This document shows, one piece after another, positions 10,441 to 20,933 of a stretch of DNA of 64,000 nt; position 1 is the stretch's first letter, and each line of letters begins with the position of its first letter. The notes beneath the pieces were generated by a model that was not told the DNA's origin, searched no databases, and worked only from the letters and a program-made list of their open reading frames with translations. The position numbers and the translations under genes were made by a program. The DNA comes from Chitinophagaceae bacterium (GTDB lineage Bacteria > Bacteroidota > Bacteroidia > Chitinophagales > Chitinophagaceae): NCBI GenBank assembly GCA_031371545.1, contig JANMJU010000026.1, positions 1,337-65,336 on the forward strand, read 5' to 3'.

Positions 10441-12288
10441 ATGAGCGACGAAATTAAACACGAATGTGGCCTCGCCTTCATTCGCCTTCGCAAAAACTTC
10501 AGTTATTATCAGCAGCAATACGGCTCTGTACTCTACGGCCTCAACAAGTTATACTTATTGATGGAAAAGCAACACAACCGTGGACAAGACGGAGCAGGTA
10601 TCGCTACCATTAAACTAAATGTAGAACCCGGTTATCCTTTTCTGCACCGCTTGCGAAGCAGTGCCAACCAGCCTATTGCCGATCTCTTTTTTCAAATTGG
10701 CAAAGAGATTGAAGAAATAGAAAAATACCAGCCGGACATTAAGAACCACCCGGGGTTAATGAAAGGCCATATCAACTACCTGGGCGAATTATTACTGGGT
10801 CATTTGCGCTATGGAACACAGGGAAAAAATAACGTGGAATTTTGCCACCCCTTTATTAAAAGAGATATCATACCGGCAAGAAATCTTGCACTCGCCGGTA
10901 ATTTTAATTTAGTAAATACGGAAGAGTTATTTGGCCTGGTCAATATGGAACCGGGTGTGTTTCAAAAACAAAGCGACCTGGCAGCGATGATGGAAGTACT
11001 GCATCATTTTTTGGTAAAAGCAGATGAGGCTTTTCCCGAAAATTTAGATGTTGCCAAAGTGCTTAAAAAAGCAGTGCCCCTTTTTGATGGTGGTTTTAAT
11101 TTTTGTGGTTTGATAGGCAACGGAAATGCATTTGTAATGAGGGATGCACATGGTATACGTCCGTCTTACTATTATATAAATGATGATGTAATTGTGGCTG
11201 CAAGCGAAAGGGCTGCCATCAGGACAGCATTCAATGTGGGGGAAAATGAAGTGCAGGAACTGATGCCGGGCTGTGCACTGATTGTAAATGCAGATGGCAA
11301 TTACAGTATTCAGCAAATTGTGGAACCAAAAGAAAGAAGAGCATGTAGTTTTGAACGGATTTATTTCAGCCGTGGCAGTGATGAAAAAATTTATAAAGAA
11401 AGAACCGCTTTGGGTTATTACCTGAGTGAACCGGTTTTGAAAGCCATTAATCATGATCTGAAGAATACAATTTTTTCTTTTATTCCCAATACGGCTGAAA
11501 CTGCTTTTTATGGCTTGCTGAAAGGGGCTGAAGATTATTTAACTAAAGTAAAAATTGAAAAAATATCAAGCTGGGGAAATGATTATGATGAAGCCAAACT
11601 AACAGAAATGGTGAGCCGTAAAGTGAGGATAGAAAAAATAGCCATCAAAGATGTTAAGCTGCGGACCTTTATTACAGAAGATACCAACCGCAATGAAATG
11701 GTGCAGCATGTGTATGATATTACTTACGGCACTGTGAGGGATCATGTTGATACGCTGGTGGTAATTGATGACTCCATTGTAAGGGGAACTACTTTGAAAG
11801 AAAGTATTATCCGGATGCTGGCAAGATTAAAACCAAAACGAATCATTGTTGTTTCTTCGGCTCCGCAAATACGTTATCCTGATTGTTATGGTATTGATAT
11901 GAGCAAGCTGGGAGACTTTATTGCTTTTAGGGCGGTTATTGATTTGCTGCATGAAACTAACCAGGAAGTATTGCTGGATGATTTATTAGTTTTGTGCAAA
12001 GAGCTGCAACGCAACAACCAGCTGCATACTGAAAACGTGGTAAGAAAAGTGTACAAACCTTTTACACTGGAACAGATCTCAAATAAAATAGCGCAACTCA
12101 TTACACCAAAAGAAATCAACATCCCGGTGGATGTGATTTATCAGACAATTGATACTTTACATTTAGCCTGCCCTACAAATACCGGCGATTGGTATTTTAC
12201 AGGAAATTACCCTACACCGGGCGGCAACAGGGTTTGCAACAAAGCATTTATGAATTATATGGAAGGAAAAAATGTGAGAGGATATTAA
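10441..12288 (+). CDS. purF: Amidophosphoribosyltransferase (long Bacteroidota form)
   Basis: 615 aa. N-terminal HECGLAF class-II glutamine amidotransferase Cys, plus PRPP-binding loop VVIDDSIVRGTT. Confidence 0.85.
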   Translation: MSDEIKHECGLAFIRLRKNFSYYQQQYGSVLYGLNKLYLLMEKQHNRGQDGAGIATIKLNVEPGYPFLHRLRSSANQPIADLFFQIGKEIEEIEKYQPDIKNHPGLMKGHINYLGELLLGHLRYGTQGKNNVEFCHPFIKRDIIPARNLALAGNFNLVNTEELFGLVNMEPGVFQKQSDLAAMMEVLHHFLVKADEAFPENLDVAKVLKKAVPLFDGGFNFCGLIGNGNAFVMRDAHGIRPSYYYINDDVIVAASERAAIRTAFNVGENEVQELMPGCALIVNADGNYSIQQIVEPKERRACSFERIYFSRGSDEKIYKERTALGYYLSEPVLKAINHDLKNTIFSFIPNTAETAFYGLLKGAEDYLTKVKIEKISSWGNDYDEAKLTEMVSRKVRIEKIAIKDVKLRTFITEDTNRNEMVQHVYDITYGTVRDHVDTLVVIDDSIVRGTTLKESIIRMLARLKPKRIIVVSSAPQIRYPDCYGIDMSKLGDFIAFRAVIDLLHETNQEVLLDDLLVLCKELQRNNQLHTENVVRKVYKPFTLEQISNKIAQLITPKEINIPVDVIYQTIDTLHLACPTNTGDWYFTGNYPTPGGNRVCNKAFMNYMEGKNVRGY

Positions 12289-12333
12289 GCTTTGTTGTTG
12301 ATTAAAATTTCTTGTAATTTTAAAACTTAGGAA

Positions 12334-12876
12334 ATGAATAATTCAATCGATAAAATTCACAGCACTTCTTTAGGGGAGGGAAGCAAAACACTTCTTTTGG
12401 TCCGTCATGCAAAAAGCAGTTGGGAGATTGGTACCCTTACTGACTTTGAACGGCCGCTTAATGACCGGGGTATTAAAGATGCGCCTGTAATGGCAAAAAG
12501 ATTAAAATCTCAAAACTTACACATTGATGCTTTTGTATCAAGCCCGGCCAAAAGAGCAAAAAAAACAGCTGAACTTTTTGCTGATGTATATCTCCAAAAT
12601 AACGATGCCATTATTTTTATTTCAAAATTGTATCATGCCGACACCAATGCTTTTTTTGATGTAATAAGTAATTTAGATGATTCACTAAATGCCGTGGCGG
12701 TATTTTCTCATAACAGCGGTATTACTGAATTTGCCAACCTGTTGACAGATACGGTAAAGGTGGATAATATCCCTACCTGCGGTATTTTTGCTGTAAAAAT
12801 AAATACGCCCAAATGGGCAGATTTTAAAAAAACGAAGAAAGAATTTTTATTCTTTGATTATCCTAAAAATTTGTGA
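12334..12876 (+). CDS. Histidine phosphatase family protein (SixA-like)
   Basis: LLLVRHAKSSW (RHA catalytic motif) and a later FSHNSGI His motif. 180 aa. Confidence 0.75.
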   Translation: MNNSIDKIHSTSLGEGSKTLLLVRHAKSSWEIGTLTDFERPLNDRGIKDAPVMAKRLKSQNLHIDAFVSSPAKRAKKTAELFADVYLQNNDAIIFISKLYHADTNAFFDVISNLDDSLNAVAVFSHNSGITEFANLLTDTVKVDNIPTCGIFAVKINTPKWADFKKTKKEFLFFDYPKNL

Positions 12877-12903
12877 GGTCTTAAGACTAGCTAAAATATA
12901 TTT

Positions 12904-14079
12904 CTACAAATTATTGAAAAAGTTTTTTATCCCCTCAACGTTAGAAGCGTAATGAAAATTATTATATCCCACTTCGTATCCCCTCCTGCCGATATCATCA
13001 AAGCTTAAATTATTTTGTTTCATTTGCCTGAGGGTAGCTACATACATATCAATATCATAATCGTCTGCCAGCAATGCAGATTCTTTGTCTTTAAAATAAT
13101 ATTTTAATTCCCCTATTTTAGAAGAGATCAATGGCCGGCCGGAAGCTGTGTATTCACTTACTTTATGAGGAAATCTGGCAATGTCCTGAATATTATTTCG
13201 CAAAGGAATTATCAGGAGGTCGGCAGATTTATACAGGGGGATGATATTATTATACGGCATATTTTTATACAAAATAATATCGCTGCTGTACTTGCTATTT
13301 TTAAATGCCGCTTCAATCGCCGCAAAGTTTTTTGGACTGTTTCCGCCAATGATGAACATTAGTTTTCCGGTATACAAATTTTCATCTCTCACTTTTTCAA
13401 AAAAAACAAGGACAAAATCTATCACCGGTGTATAATTGATGGTACCACAATACAGGAAATATTTATAATCAAGCATTGCCGCTTCAATAATTTCAAAGTC
13501 TCTGAAATCGCAGATGGCAGGTATTTTAATCAGGGGCAGCTGCGGTTTTTTTTTGCGAATTTCTGCAATCAGAAATTCACTGATACCAATTACGCCATCA
13601 CAAAAACTGGCGCAATAGCCATCAAAAAGTCGGTCATTTATTTTGGTAAAAAAAGAATCTCTATCTGTAATGGAAGAGCGGTGCTCTACATACTGTATCA
13701 CCAAACTAAACCCCAGCAGCTTTGAAACTATCCTGTAATAAACAAGTTCTGCAAACCCCGGAGTGTAGAGTATAGCAGACTTAATTTTTTTTCTGCGGCC
13801 ACACAGTAATTTTATTTCCCCCAACAGGCCCTGTATTTTATTGATGTTTCTTTTTAAAAAAGAAGGGGGCTTTGTTAATATTGGCGAAGTGTCTAAAAAA
13901 ATCAATCCATCAAAACGGTTGACATGTTTTTTATAAGCTACTTTTTCATGTGTACTTTGCTTGTTGATAATTAACGGAGTAAATCCGGCTTGCTGCACTG
14001 CCTTAAAAGTAAAGCGCACACGCTGGATAGCAGCATTGCCAACCGGGAAACCAGAAAAGCCAAGGTGAACTATGTACAT
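12904..14079 (-). CDS. Glycosyltransferase (GT-B fold, GT4/GT1-like)
   Basis: 391 aa. C-terminal FPHKVSEYTASGRPLISSKIGEL resembles the GT1/GT4 E-x7-E nucleotide-sugar motif region. Adjacent to a sugar-nucleotide SDR gene. Confidence 0.55.
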   Translation of the reverse strand: MYIVHLGFSGFPVGNAAIQRVRFTFKAVQQAGFTPLIINKQSTHEKVAYKKHVNRFDGLIFLDTSPILTKPPSFLKRNINKIQGLLGEIKLLCGRRKKIKSAILYTPGFAELVYYRIVSKLLGFSLVIQYVEHRSSITDRDSFFTKINDRLFDGYCASFCDGVIGISEFLIAEIRKKKPQLPLIKIPAICDFRDFEIIEAAMLDYKYFLYCGTINYTPVIDFVLVFFEKVRDENLYTGKLMFIIGGNSPKNFAAIEAAFKNSKYSSDIILYKNMPYNNIIPLYKSADLLIIPLRNNIQDIARFPHKVSEYTASGRPLISSKIGELKYYFKDKESALLADDYDIDMYVATLRQMKQNNLSFDDIGRRGYEVGYNNFHYASNVEGIKNFFNNL

Positions 14080-14127
14080 AAATATTCAGGGAATTTTTTC
14101 ATCAACCAGGAAATAGAAATTGTACAA

Positions 14128-15180
14128 TTACTTTTTTTTATTCAACCATGCCTGGTGTATTTCTTCAAAAGTTTGTTGCAGCGATTTTGTAATATCCCAA
14201 TCAGGATAATGCGCTTTCATTTTTCTCAAATCACTGTAATAACAAATGTGGTCACCAATACGATTGGTTTCATCGTACTTGTATTTCATTGGCTTCCCAC
14301 TGATGGATGCAATTATTTCGAACGCTTCCAGGATAGAGCAGGAGTTATCTTTACCACCACCAATATTATATACTTCTGCCACCCTTGGTGCTTTTATAAA
14401 CTCTTCTATAAAACGGGCCACATCATAAGAGTGAATATTATCCCTTACCTGCTTTCCTTTGTAACCAAATACCGTGTATTCTTTTTCTTCTAAATTACAT
14501 TTTACGAGGTAGCTTAAAAAGCCATGCAGCTCCACACCTGTATGATTAGGCCCAGTAAGACAGCCTCCTCTTAATACACAACTTGGCATATTAAAATAAC
14601 GGCCATATTCCTGAACAGAAATATCTGCAGAAACTTTTGATGATCCAAAAAGTGAGTGTTTGCATTGGTCTATTCTAAACGATTCCGGTATCCCATTTTC
14701 GTATGTCTTATCTGCATAATCCCAACGGGTTTCTAGTTCTGTCATTGCAATTTCGTTGGGGGCATCGCCATACACTTTGTTAGTACTCATGTGTACAAAA
14801 GGGATAGTAGTAGAATATCTACGGGTTGCTTCCAGCATATTAAATGTGCCTACAGCGTTGGTATCAAAATCTTCGAATGGAATAGATGCAGCCCTGTCAT
14901 GACTTGGCTGGGCTGCAGTGTGTACAATTGCATCTGGCTTTACGGTAGCTATCAGTGCCAGCACCCCTTCCCTGTCACGAATATCTAATTCATGATGCAC
15001 AAAGTTTTTAATGGTCTGCTCAAGTCTGCCTTGGTTCCACCGGGTATCGCCACTGGGGCCAAAAAAAACTGCTCTTTGATTGTTATCTACGCCATGTATT
15101 TCCCAACCCTGTTCTGCAAAATGAATACAAACTTCGGAACCGATTAAACCTGACGAACCTGTTACTAATAACTTTTTCAT
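14128..15180 (-). CDS. Extended SDR, NAD-dependent epimerase/dehydratase family (CDP-paratose-2-epimerase-like)
   Basis: Rossmann motif [28 protein letters not shown] and YNIGGG line up with CDP-tyvelose epimerase as I remember it. The expected YxxxK site reads SLFGSSK. Confidence 0.75.
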   Translation of the reverse strand: MKKLLVTGSSGLIGSEVCIHFAEQGWEIHGVDNNQRAVFFGPSGDTRWNQGRLEQTIKNFVHHELDIRDREGVLALIATVKPDAIVHTAAQPSHDRAASIPFEDFDTNAVGTFNMLEATRRYSTTIPFVHMSTNKVYGDAPNEIAMTELETRWDYADKTYENGIPESFRIDQCKHSLFGSSKVSADISVQEYGRYFNMPSCVLRGGCLTGPNHTGVELHGFLSYLVKCNLEEKEYTVFGYKGKQVRDNIHSYDVARFIEEFIKAPRVAEVYNIGGGKDNSCSILEAFEIIASISGKPMKYKYDETNRIGDHICYYSDLRKMKAHYPDWDITKSLQQTFEEIHQAWLNKKK

Positions 15181-15510
15181 GAAATAATGTTTATAATTTG
15201 GGAGGTTACTATTTTAAAATTGTCTTGAAATAAAGGTTGTAAAAATACTGATTTTATTATCTGGTTTCAGAAGTTCAGGCACTTCATTGCCTGCTTCGGT
15301 TGAAACATCATAAAATAGAAATTTGGTATGATTGGGAAACGTTTTGGTCTTATTGGTAAACATTACTGTTGTAGGCTATTATTGAATGCTGATTTATTTT
15401 TTAGTTTTATTTTTTTTCAATATAATTATAACGTTAGAATATATAAAATATTATTTATCATTATTTAACTCCCAAACAAACCCCGGGTTAATGAATCGAA
15501 AGTCCGATCA

Positions 15511-16419
15511 TCAATTATTTTTAGACTGCAAAGAACTGGGCTGCCTGTTAGACAAATAGACTCCTGTAAAAATTAATACTGCTGCAAAAATTTTATATAG
15601 TTCCAGTTTTTCTTTTAAAAAAACCATTGCAATTGCAGTGGCAAACACCGGCTGAATATAAATGTAAGCCCCTGCTACTGATGCCCCTAAAATTTTTATT
15701 CCATAAGCATTGAAAAGATACGCTAAAAATGTACCGCCTATTATTATAAAGCTGATACAGCCATATTCTGTAGTGCTAAAGTTTTGCCATTTTATTGCCA
15801 TAAATTCTGTCAACCCAAATGGAAGTATCATTAATAAACCCAAAGTAAATATCCAGCGAATAACCTGTACAGGATTATATTTCAGCATTAGTGGTTTTAC
15901 TAGGATAAAATAAATGCTGTAAGAAACAGCATTGATAATTATCAAAAAATCTCCCAACAAAATACTATTGCCGCTGCCTGTATTTTGCCGGGATGTTATC
16001 AAAACAATAGCACCGCTTATACCCAGGCCAAGGCCAATAATCTTGTAAATATTTATCCGCTCCTTTAAAAGCCACGCCGCAATGATGGTAATCAAAATAG
16101 GGGTGGTAAGCATTAGCAATACTGCATGTATCGAGTAAGTAAGGGATAGCCCTTTTAAAAAAAGCATTTGGTTGATAGCAACTCCTGTTAAGGCACATAA
16201 TATAAATCTCGGTATATCCTGCCCTTCAATTTTTTTGTGAGAAGGGTTTAATAAAAATAATAACCAGAACAACAGTACACTCATGCCAACCCTGATGACA
16301 TTCATGCCAAATGGCTGCATGTAATTATTGGCAGTGAGGTATTTTATAGCACTGAGATTAATGGCAAAGAAAAGATTGGTGGCCAACAAACCCAAGTGTG
16401 CTTTTACTTTTTTATCCAC
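15511..16419 (-). CDS. DMT superfamily (EamA-type) transporter
   Basis: 302 aa with about 10 hydrophobic helices arranged as two EamA-like halves. Confidence 0.75.
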   Translation of the reverse strand: MDKKVKAHLGLLATNLFFAINLSAIKYLTANNYMQPFGMNVIRVGMSVLLFWLLFLLNPSHKKIEGQDIPRFILCALTGVAINQMLFLKGLSLTYSIHAVLLMLTTPILITIIAAWLLKERINIYKIIGLGLGISGAIVLITSRQNTGSGNSILLGDFLIIINAVSYSIYFILVKPLMLKYNPVQVIRWIFTLGLLMILPFGLTEFMAIKWQNFSTTEYGCISFIIIGGTFLAYLFNAYGIKILGASVAGAYIYIQPVFATAIAMVFLKEKLELYKIFAAVLIFTGVYLSNRQPSSLQSKNN

Positions 16420-16449
16420 TTATAAAATTGTTGTATAAAATTGAGTACT

Positions 16450-17553
16450 TTAAAGCGTCTCAACGAATAGCTGTATTGTTTTTTTATATAACTCCATATC
16501 ACAAACAGGCATCTGATATGAAAATTTATTTGCTTTATTAATTACATCCTGCAGTAAAAACCCATCCTGCGAAGCAGTACAAAAAAATTGTTGCCCAGAT
16601 AAATAAGCCGCAAGATACTCTTGTTCTGTTTGCCCCGGAGTAGGCACCAGTACAGCTTTTTGATTGAGCTTTAATAAATCCATAACAGAGGTATAACCGC
16701 TTCTGCAAAGTACAAGTTCGGCAGATTGTATTGCAGTATTGAGCTCTGTTGCTGAGAGGTAATTTTTTATAATAATCTCGTTTGGTAATCCGGGTTCATC
16801 TGTAAATACTAAGTTATGACCGACGGCAGCCAATCCTCTTACAAACAAAACTCTGCCCGTGTATTCTCTGAGTTGTGTAAATAATATATTTTCAAAAATT
16901 GTTCGCTGCGGTTCCGGGCCAGAAAGAATAATCAATAAATTAATTTCTTTATTTACTGTTGCTGTTTTTTCAAATCTTGAAAGACAACCGATATATTTTA
17001 TATTGGCAGGTAATGCTTTTGGGTGTGATAAAACCCCGGCAATATTAACAGCTCCATCAAAATCAGGTACCCAGCATTGGTTGTATTTTTTTATACCCCA
17101 TCCATGAATTTTTTCGGCTATTTTTTCAGAAAACCAGTTGCCTGTTTTTATAAATAACTGGTGTGTGATATAAACCGAAGGAATGGTAGAATGATATAAT
17201 CCAAAACGGTTATCAGAAATAACAGCATCAACAGCATATTTTTTTACAACTTTCTTTAACCAGTTGTGTTCTTTAAAGATGCAGGTGATTATTTGAGGAA
17301 GCTGAAATAATATCTTTAGATGAAACCATTTTTTATTTTTGCTGTATTGTATTTTGTATCCTGGCAAATCAATAAAAAACAGCTGGGGAAATTCCTGTTT
17401 CAACATAGTTTTAACAGGCTCATCTGCTGCTATAATGACCTCGATATTGTAGCTTTTAAGTTCTTTTATAATCGGTATACACCTAGCCGCATGACCCAGG
17501 CCCCAGGCCAAAGGGGCTATTAAAATGGTTTTTTGTGGAGTTTTTTGAGTCAT
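16450..17553 (-). CDS. Glycosyltransferase (GT-B fold, GT28/MurG-C-terminal-like UDP-glycosyltransferase)
   Basis: N-terminal WGLGHAARCIPIIKEL and C-terminal CRSGYTSVMDLLKLNQKAVLVPTPGQTEQEYLA motifs. Confidence 0.65.
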   Translation of the reverse strand: MTQKTPQKTILIAPLAWGLGHAARCIPIIKELKSYNIEVIIAADEPVKTMLKQEFPQLFFIDLPGYKIQYSKNKKWFHLKILFQLPQIITCIFKEHNWLKKVVKKYAVDAVISDNRFGLYHSTIPSVYITHQLFIKTGNWFSEKIAEKIHGWGIKKYNQCWVPDFDGAVNIAGVLSHPKALPANIKYIGCLSRFEKTATVNKEINLLIILSGPEPQRTIFENILFTQLREYTGRVLFVRGLAAVGHNLVFTDEPGLPNEIIIKNYLSATELNTAIQSAELVLCRSGYTSVMDLLKLNQKAVLVPTPGQTEQEYLAAYLSGQQFFCTASQDGFLLQDVINKANKFSYQMPVCDMELYKKTIQLFVETL

Positions 17554-17622
17554 TTAAGAAAAAATACCAGAGAAATGCAATAATATTCAGTGAAAATAGT
17601 TTAATTTGTTAATTCAATTTTT

Positions 17623-17748
17623 ATGCACCGTTTTTTTAAAATATCCTTATTGCTTGTTTTGCTTGTATCAATCATTGCAACCAGTTGTAGTTCGTCAAGA
17701 AAAAGTCAATGCGGCTGTCCCAATAAAAAGGGCATGGTAGGATACTGA
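17623..17748 (+). CDS. 41-aa predicted lipoprotein (below the ORF-track cutoff)
   Basis: ATG 17623 to TGA 17748 encodes MHRFFKISLLLVLLVSIIATSCSSSRKSQCGCPNKKGMVGY. It has a textbook signal peptide and lipobox (IATSC) and sits in an otherwise empty 230-bp gap. Confidence 0.5.
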   Translation: MHRFFKISLLLVLLVSIIATSCSSSRKSQCGCPNKKGMVGY

Positions 17749-17784
17749 TAAAACTAACAATAACGTAAAAGCCATTTTACAAAA

Positions 17785-18033
17785 ATGAACAATATCAACC
17801 GTGATTTACTCGTAATGTTCAATCAGGAACTGATGAGTCCACAGGCTATTGAGCACCAGGTGGAAATGCTGCATGAGTTATTATTTGACGTCGAGCAAAT
17901 GGATAACCTTGTAATTGCACATGAAGTAATTGACCTTAATAAATACAAAGTTTACAGCAAAGAAACTTTGGTAAAAACTATTATACGCCAGCAGGCTTTA
18001 AAAGCCTTTGTTTTTTTAAATTGCAAAAATTAA
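17785..18033 (+). CDS. Hypothetical protein (82 aa)
   Basis: Only an intact ORF in an otherwise empty interval; no motif recognised. Confidence 0.35.
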   Translation: MNNINRDLLVMFNQELMSPQAIEHQVEMLHELLFDVEQMDNLVIAHEVIDLNKYKVYSKETLVKTIIRQQALKAFVFLNCKN

Positions 18034-18054
18034 TTTAATCTTCTCAAAACTATT

Positions 18055-19320
18055 TTACGAAAGATGCCCCAGGGCATCTTTTAATTTTTGCAGCATCTCA
18101 TCAATCTCTTCTATTTTGCAAGTTCCCACACTCAGCCTATACCAACTACTCTCTGACGAAGCTCCAAAAGCGCTGAATGGTACAATCGCCAATTTAGCCT
18201 CATCTAATAAATAAGCTGTTACATCACTTTGAGTGGTTAATATATTTCCTGCCGATGTTTTTTTTCCAGTCAAATCAATTTGTATGGTAAGATAAATTGC
18301 TGCCTGCGGTGCAACTGCATTAAGAGAAAATCCTTCCGTTTTTAATTGGATAAAGCCATGATAAATTCTGTTGAGCCGCTCGGATATAGCTGCTTTAAAA
18401 TGAGCAAAATAATTATCAATATTTTCAGTTTGCTTTAAATAATTAGCAGTGGCATTTTGCTCCGCCATCGGGCTCCAGGCTCCCAGGTGGCTGTTGATGG
18501 CTTTCATTTTTGCAATGAGGTTAGCAGGTCCCATACTCCAGCCCACCCTTACGCCAGTGGCAGCAAATGATTTGCTGATGCCATCAATAAAAATAGTGTA
18601 CTCCTTCATGGCAGGCCTCAAAGACACAGGGTTGTAATGTTGTATATTGCCATAAGTAAGTGTCCAGTAAATCTGGTCGTACAAGAGGTATAATTTTTTT
18701 TCATTTTCACCACGGCGTTCATTTTCTTCTATTACCAAATCGCATATCGCCTCCAGATCTTTTTTAGTAAATGCGGTACCCGTTGGGTTCAATGGTGAGC
18801 ATACTGCCAGCAAACAGGCTCCTTTTATATGTGGCTTTATTTCTTCTGCTGTGGGCATGAAATTATTTTCCAGCTTAGTTTCAATCATCACATGTTCGCC
18901 TTCGGTGAAATGCACATAGTGATTGTTATTCCAGCTGGGTACAGGGTAAATTACTTTTTCACCTTTGTCTACAATGGCTCTGTAGGCAGCATATATCAAT
19001 GGCCTGCCGCCGGCTGCAATTAAAATTTCATTTGTTGCATACTCCAACCCTTCTCTTTGTAATAAAAATTGTGCTACCGATTCCCTCAATTCGATGATAC
19101 CATCTGCTGGCGGATAAGTAGTAAAATGGTTATTAAATGCAGCAATAATTTCTTCCTGCAATCCAGCGGGTATAGGAAAAATAGCACTGTCAAAATCGCC
19201 AATGGTAAAGTTGTAAATTTTATTGCCCTGTTTAATTTTTTCTTTTATATCAGCCCCCAGTTTTACTATTTCAGAACCAATAAGGGTTTCGGCAAGCTGG
19301 CTAAGTTTGTCTGAAGGCAT
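18055..19320 (-). CDS. Class I/II pyridoxal-phosphate-dependent aminotransferase (aspartate/aromatic type)
   Basis: PLP-lysine context SKSFAATGVRVGW, plus NPTG. The track ORF extends to 19395, but MPSDKLSQLAETL (ATG 19320) fits family N-termini better. Confidence 0.82.
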   Translation of the reverse strand: MPSDKLSQLAETLIGSEIVKLGADIKEKIKQGNKIYNFTIGDFDSAIFPIPAGLQEEIIAAFNNHFTTYPPADGIIELRESVAQFLLQREGLEYATNEILIAAGGRPLIYAAYRAIVDKGEKVIYPVPSWNNNHYVHFTEGEHVMIETKLENNFMPTAEEIKPHIKGACLLAVCSPLNPTGTAFTKKDLEAICDLVIEENERRGENEKKLYLLYDQIYWTLTYGNIQHYNPVSLRPAMKEYTIFIDGISKSFAATGVRVGWSMGPANLIAKMKAINSHLGAWSPMAEQNATANYLKQTENIDNYFAHFKAAISERLNRIYHGFIQLKTEGFSLNAVAPQAAIYLTIQIDLTGKKTSAGNILTTQSDVTAYLLDEAKLAIVPFSAFGASSESSWYRLSVGTCKIEEIDEMLQKLKDALGHLS

Positions 19321-19564
19321 ATCTTTTACTTTGTTTGCTTTTAATAATGAAGGTTTCTGCAAATGTAAATTGTTTGGTACAAAGGACTTCACCAATGGAG
19401 AATAAAGAAAAATAAAGACATTGTCTCTTTCTTATATGATTCAGTAAAAAATGATAGAGAAATAAAACTTGCTGTACGCTAAATCCGTGACCATTATAAG
19501 ATTGGGCAGGCTGGATTGTAATATTGCATATTGAAAATGCAGGATCCATTCACAATAAAAAATT

Positions 19565-20134
19565 TTACGCTGGTTTTTCTCCTGTATATTTTTCTGCAAC
19601 TTCTTTTGCTTTTTCAAAATCAAGGATCACAGAGTTAATGCAATAGCGCAAGCCTGCAGGTGGCGGGCCATCTTCAAACACGTGGCCTAAGTGGGCTTTG
19701 CATCTGCCACACATTACCTCTGTTCGCTGCATACCGTATTTATTATCCGGCGCATAAATGATGCTGCCTTTTGTAATGGGTTCAAAAAAACTTGGCCAGC
19801 CACAACTGCTTTCAAACTTACCATTACTTGCAAATAATGGATTGCCGCAGGCGGCACAATAATAAATGCCGGTTTCTTTGTGTGAGTTGTACTTTCCGGT
19901 GAACGGCCTTTCTGTTCCTTTTTGCCTGGCTATTTCGTATACCTCTTCAGGTAATATTTTTTTCCATTCCGTTTCGCTGATATTTACCTTATTGCTGTCT
20001 GTGTTAGAATATACCGGGTTATTATCGTTTGGATTCATGGTTTTTTGATTTTGGTGATTGTTGCTGTTATTACAACCGAATATGATAATTGGCAAAATAA
20101 TTATTATGTGAATGATTCCTTTCATTTGCGCCAA
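19565..20134 (-). CDS. msrB: Peptide-methionine (R)-S-oxide reductase with N-terminal export signal
   Basis: Zn-binding CAACGNPLF and CGRCKAHLGHVF, plus active-site RYCINS. N-terminal hydrophobic segment with FGC. Confidence 0.88.
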   Translation of the reverse strand: MAQMKGIIHIIIILPIIIFGCNNSNNHQNQKTMNPNDNNPVYSNTDSNKVNISETEWKKILPEEVYEIARQKGTERPFTGKYNSHKETGIYYCAACGNPLFASNGKFESSCGWPSFFEPITKGSIIYAPDNKYGMQRTEVMCGRCKAHLGHVFEDGPPPAGLRYCINSVILDFEKAKEVAEKYTGEKPA

Positions 20135-20277
20135 AAAATGAATAAGTAATAGACTTTTTTTAAATACGATAAGTTTATTTCAATAGTTTTTCAATAGTTT
20201 CTTTAAAATGTTAATGGATATTTAAACCTCAACTATTATATTTGTTTCTTTACAGGTACAACGGCAACCAATCAAAT

Positions 20278-20853
20278 ATGTTCAATTTAATACTCTTTGG
20301 CCCCCCGGGCAGTGGTAAAGGTACGCAAAGCGAAAAGCTGATAGCTAAGTATGGCCTTAAACATCTTAGCACCGGAGATTTGCTCCGCACTGAAATTACC
20401 CGGCAAACTCCCTTAGGATTGGAAGCAAAAAAAATTATGGACAAGGGGCAATTGGTTCCCGATGAAGTGGTGATTGGAATGATCAGTTCATCGCTGGATG
20501 CTAACCCCGGTGCCAGGGGATTTTTATTTGATGGTTTTCCCAGAACAGCAGCACAGGCGGAGGCTTTAGACAAATTGCTCGATTTGAAAAACACGTCCAT
20601 TGGCGTAATGCTGGCACTGGAAGTAAGCCAAGAAGAATTGGTAAGGCGTTTATTAAAACGTGGCGAAACCAGCGACCGCAGTGATGACACCAATGAAAAT
20701 GTGATCAGGGAAAGGATTGCGGTGTACCATAGTAAAACTTCGGCAGTAGCTGATTATTATAAAGTTTTTGATAAAGTGGTAATGCTGAAAGGAGAGGGTT
20801 CTGTAGATGAAATATTTGACAGAATCAGTAAAGAAATAGACAGCCGTTTATAA
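20278..20853 (+). CDS. adk: Adenylate kinase (short-lid type)
   Basis: MFNLILFGPPGSGKGTQ P-loop, LSTGDLLR and GFLFDGFPRT. ATG 20278 is preferred over the track start at 20242. Confidence 0.92.
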   Translation: MFNLILFGPPGSGKGTQSEKLIAKYGLKHLSTGDLLRTEITRQTPLGLEAKKIMDKGQLVPDEVVIGMISSSLDANPGARGFLFDGFPRTAAQAEALDKLLDLKNTSIGVMLALEVSQEELVRRLLKRGETSDRSDDTNENVIRERIAVYHSKTSAVADYYKVFDKVVMLKGEGSVDEIFDRISKEIDSRL

Positions 20854-20875
20854 AAGACCTTAATTTCTTATTTAT

Positions 20876-20906
20876 AAAAAACAAGCTTCGCGGCTTGTTT
20901 TTTTAT
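20876..20906 (+). terminator. Intrinsic terminator after adk
   Basis: ACAAGC-TTCGCG-GCTTGT hairpin flanked by an A-run and followed by TTTTTTTATTTT. Confidence 0.7.
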
Positions 20907-20933
20907 TTTAGCTTGTGTTTCTAAAATTTATTT

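Noticed and set aside
15214-15363. 49-codon minus-strand ORF (MFTNKTKTFPNHTKFLFYDVSTEAGNEVPELLKPDNKISIFTTFISRQF) in the 330-bp gap upstream of the SDR gene
   Set aside because: It has no signal peptide, motif or recognisable family. In AT-rich DNA an ORF of this length is not persuasive without conservation data. It might be a gene remnant.
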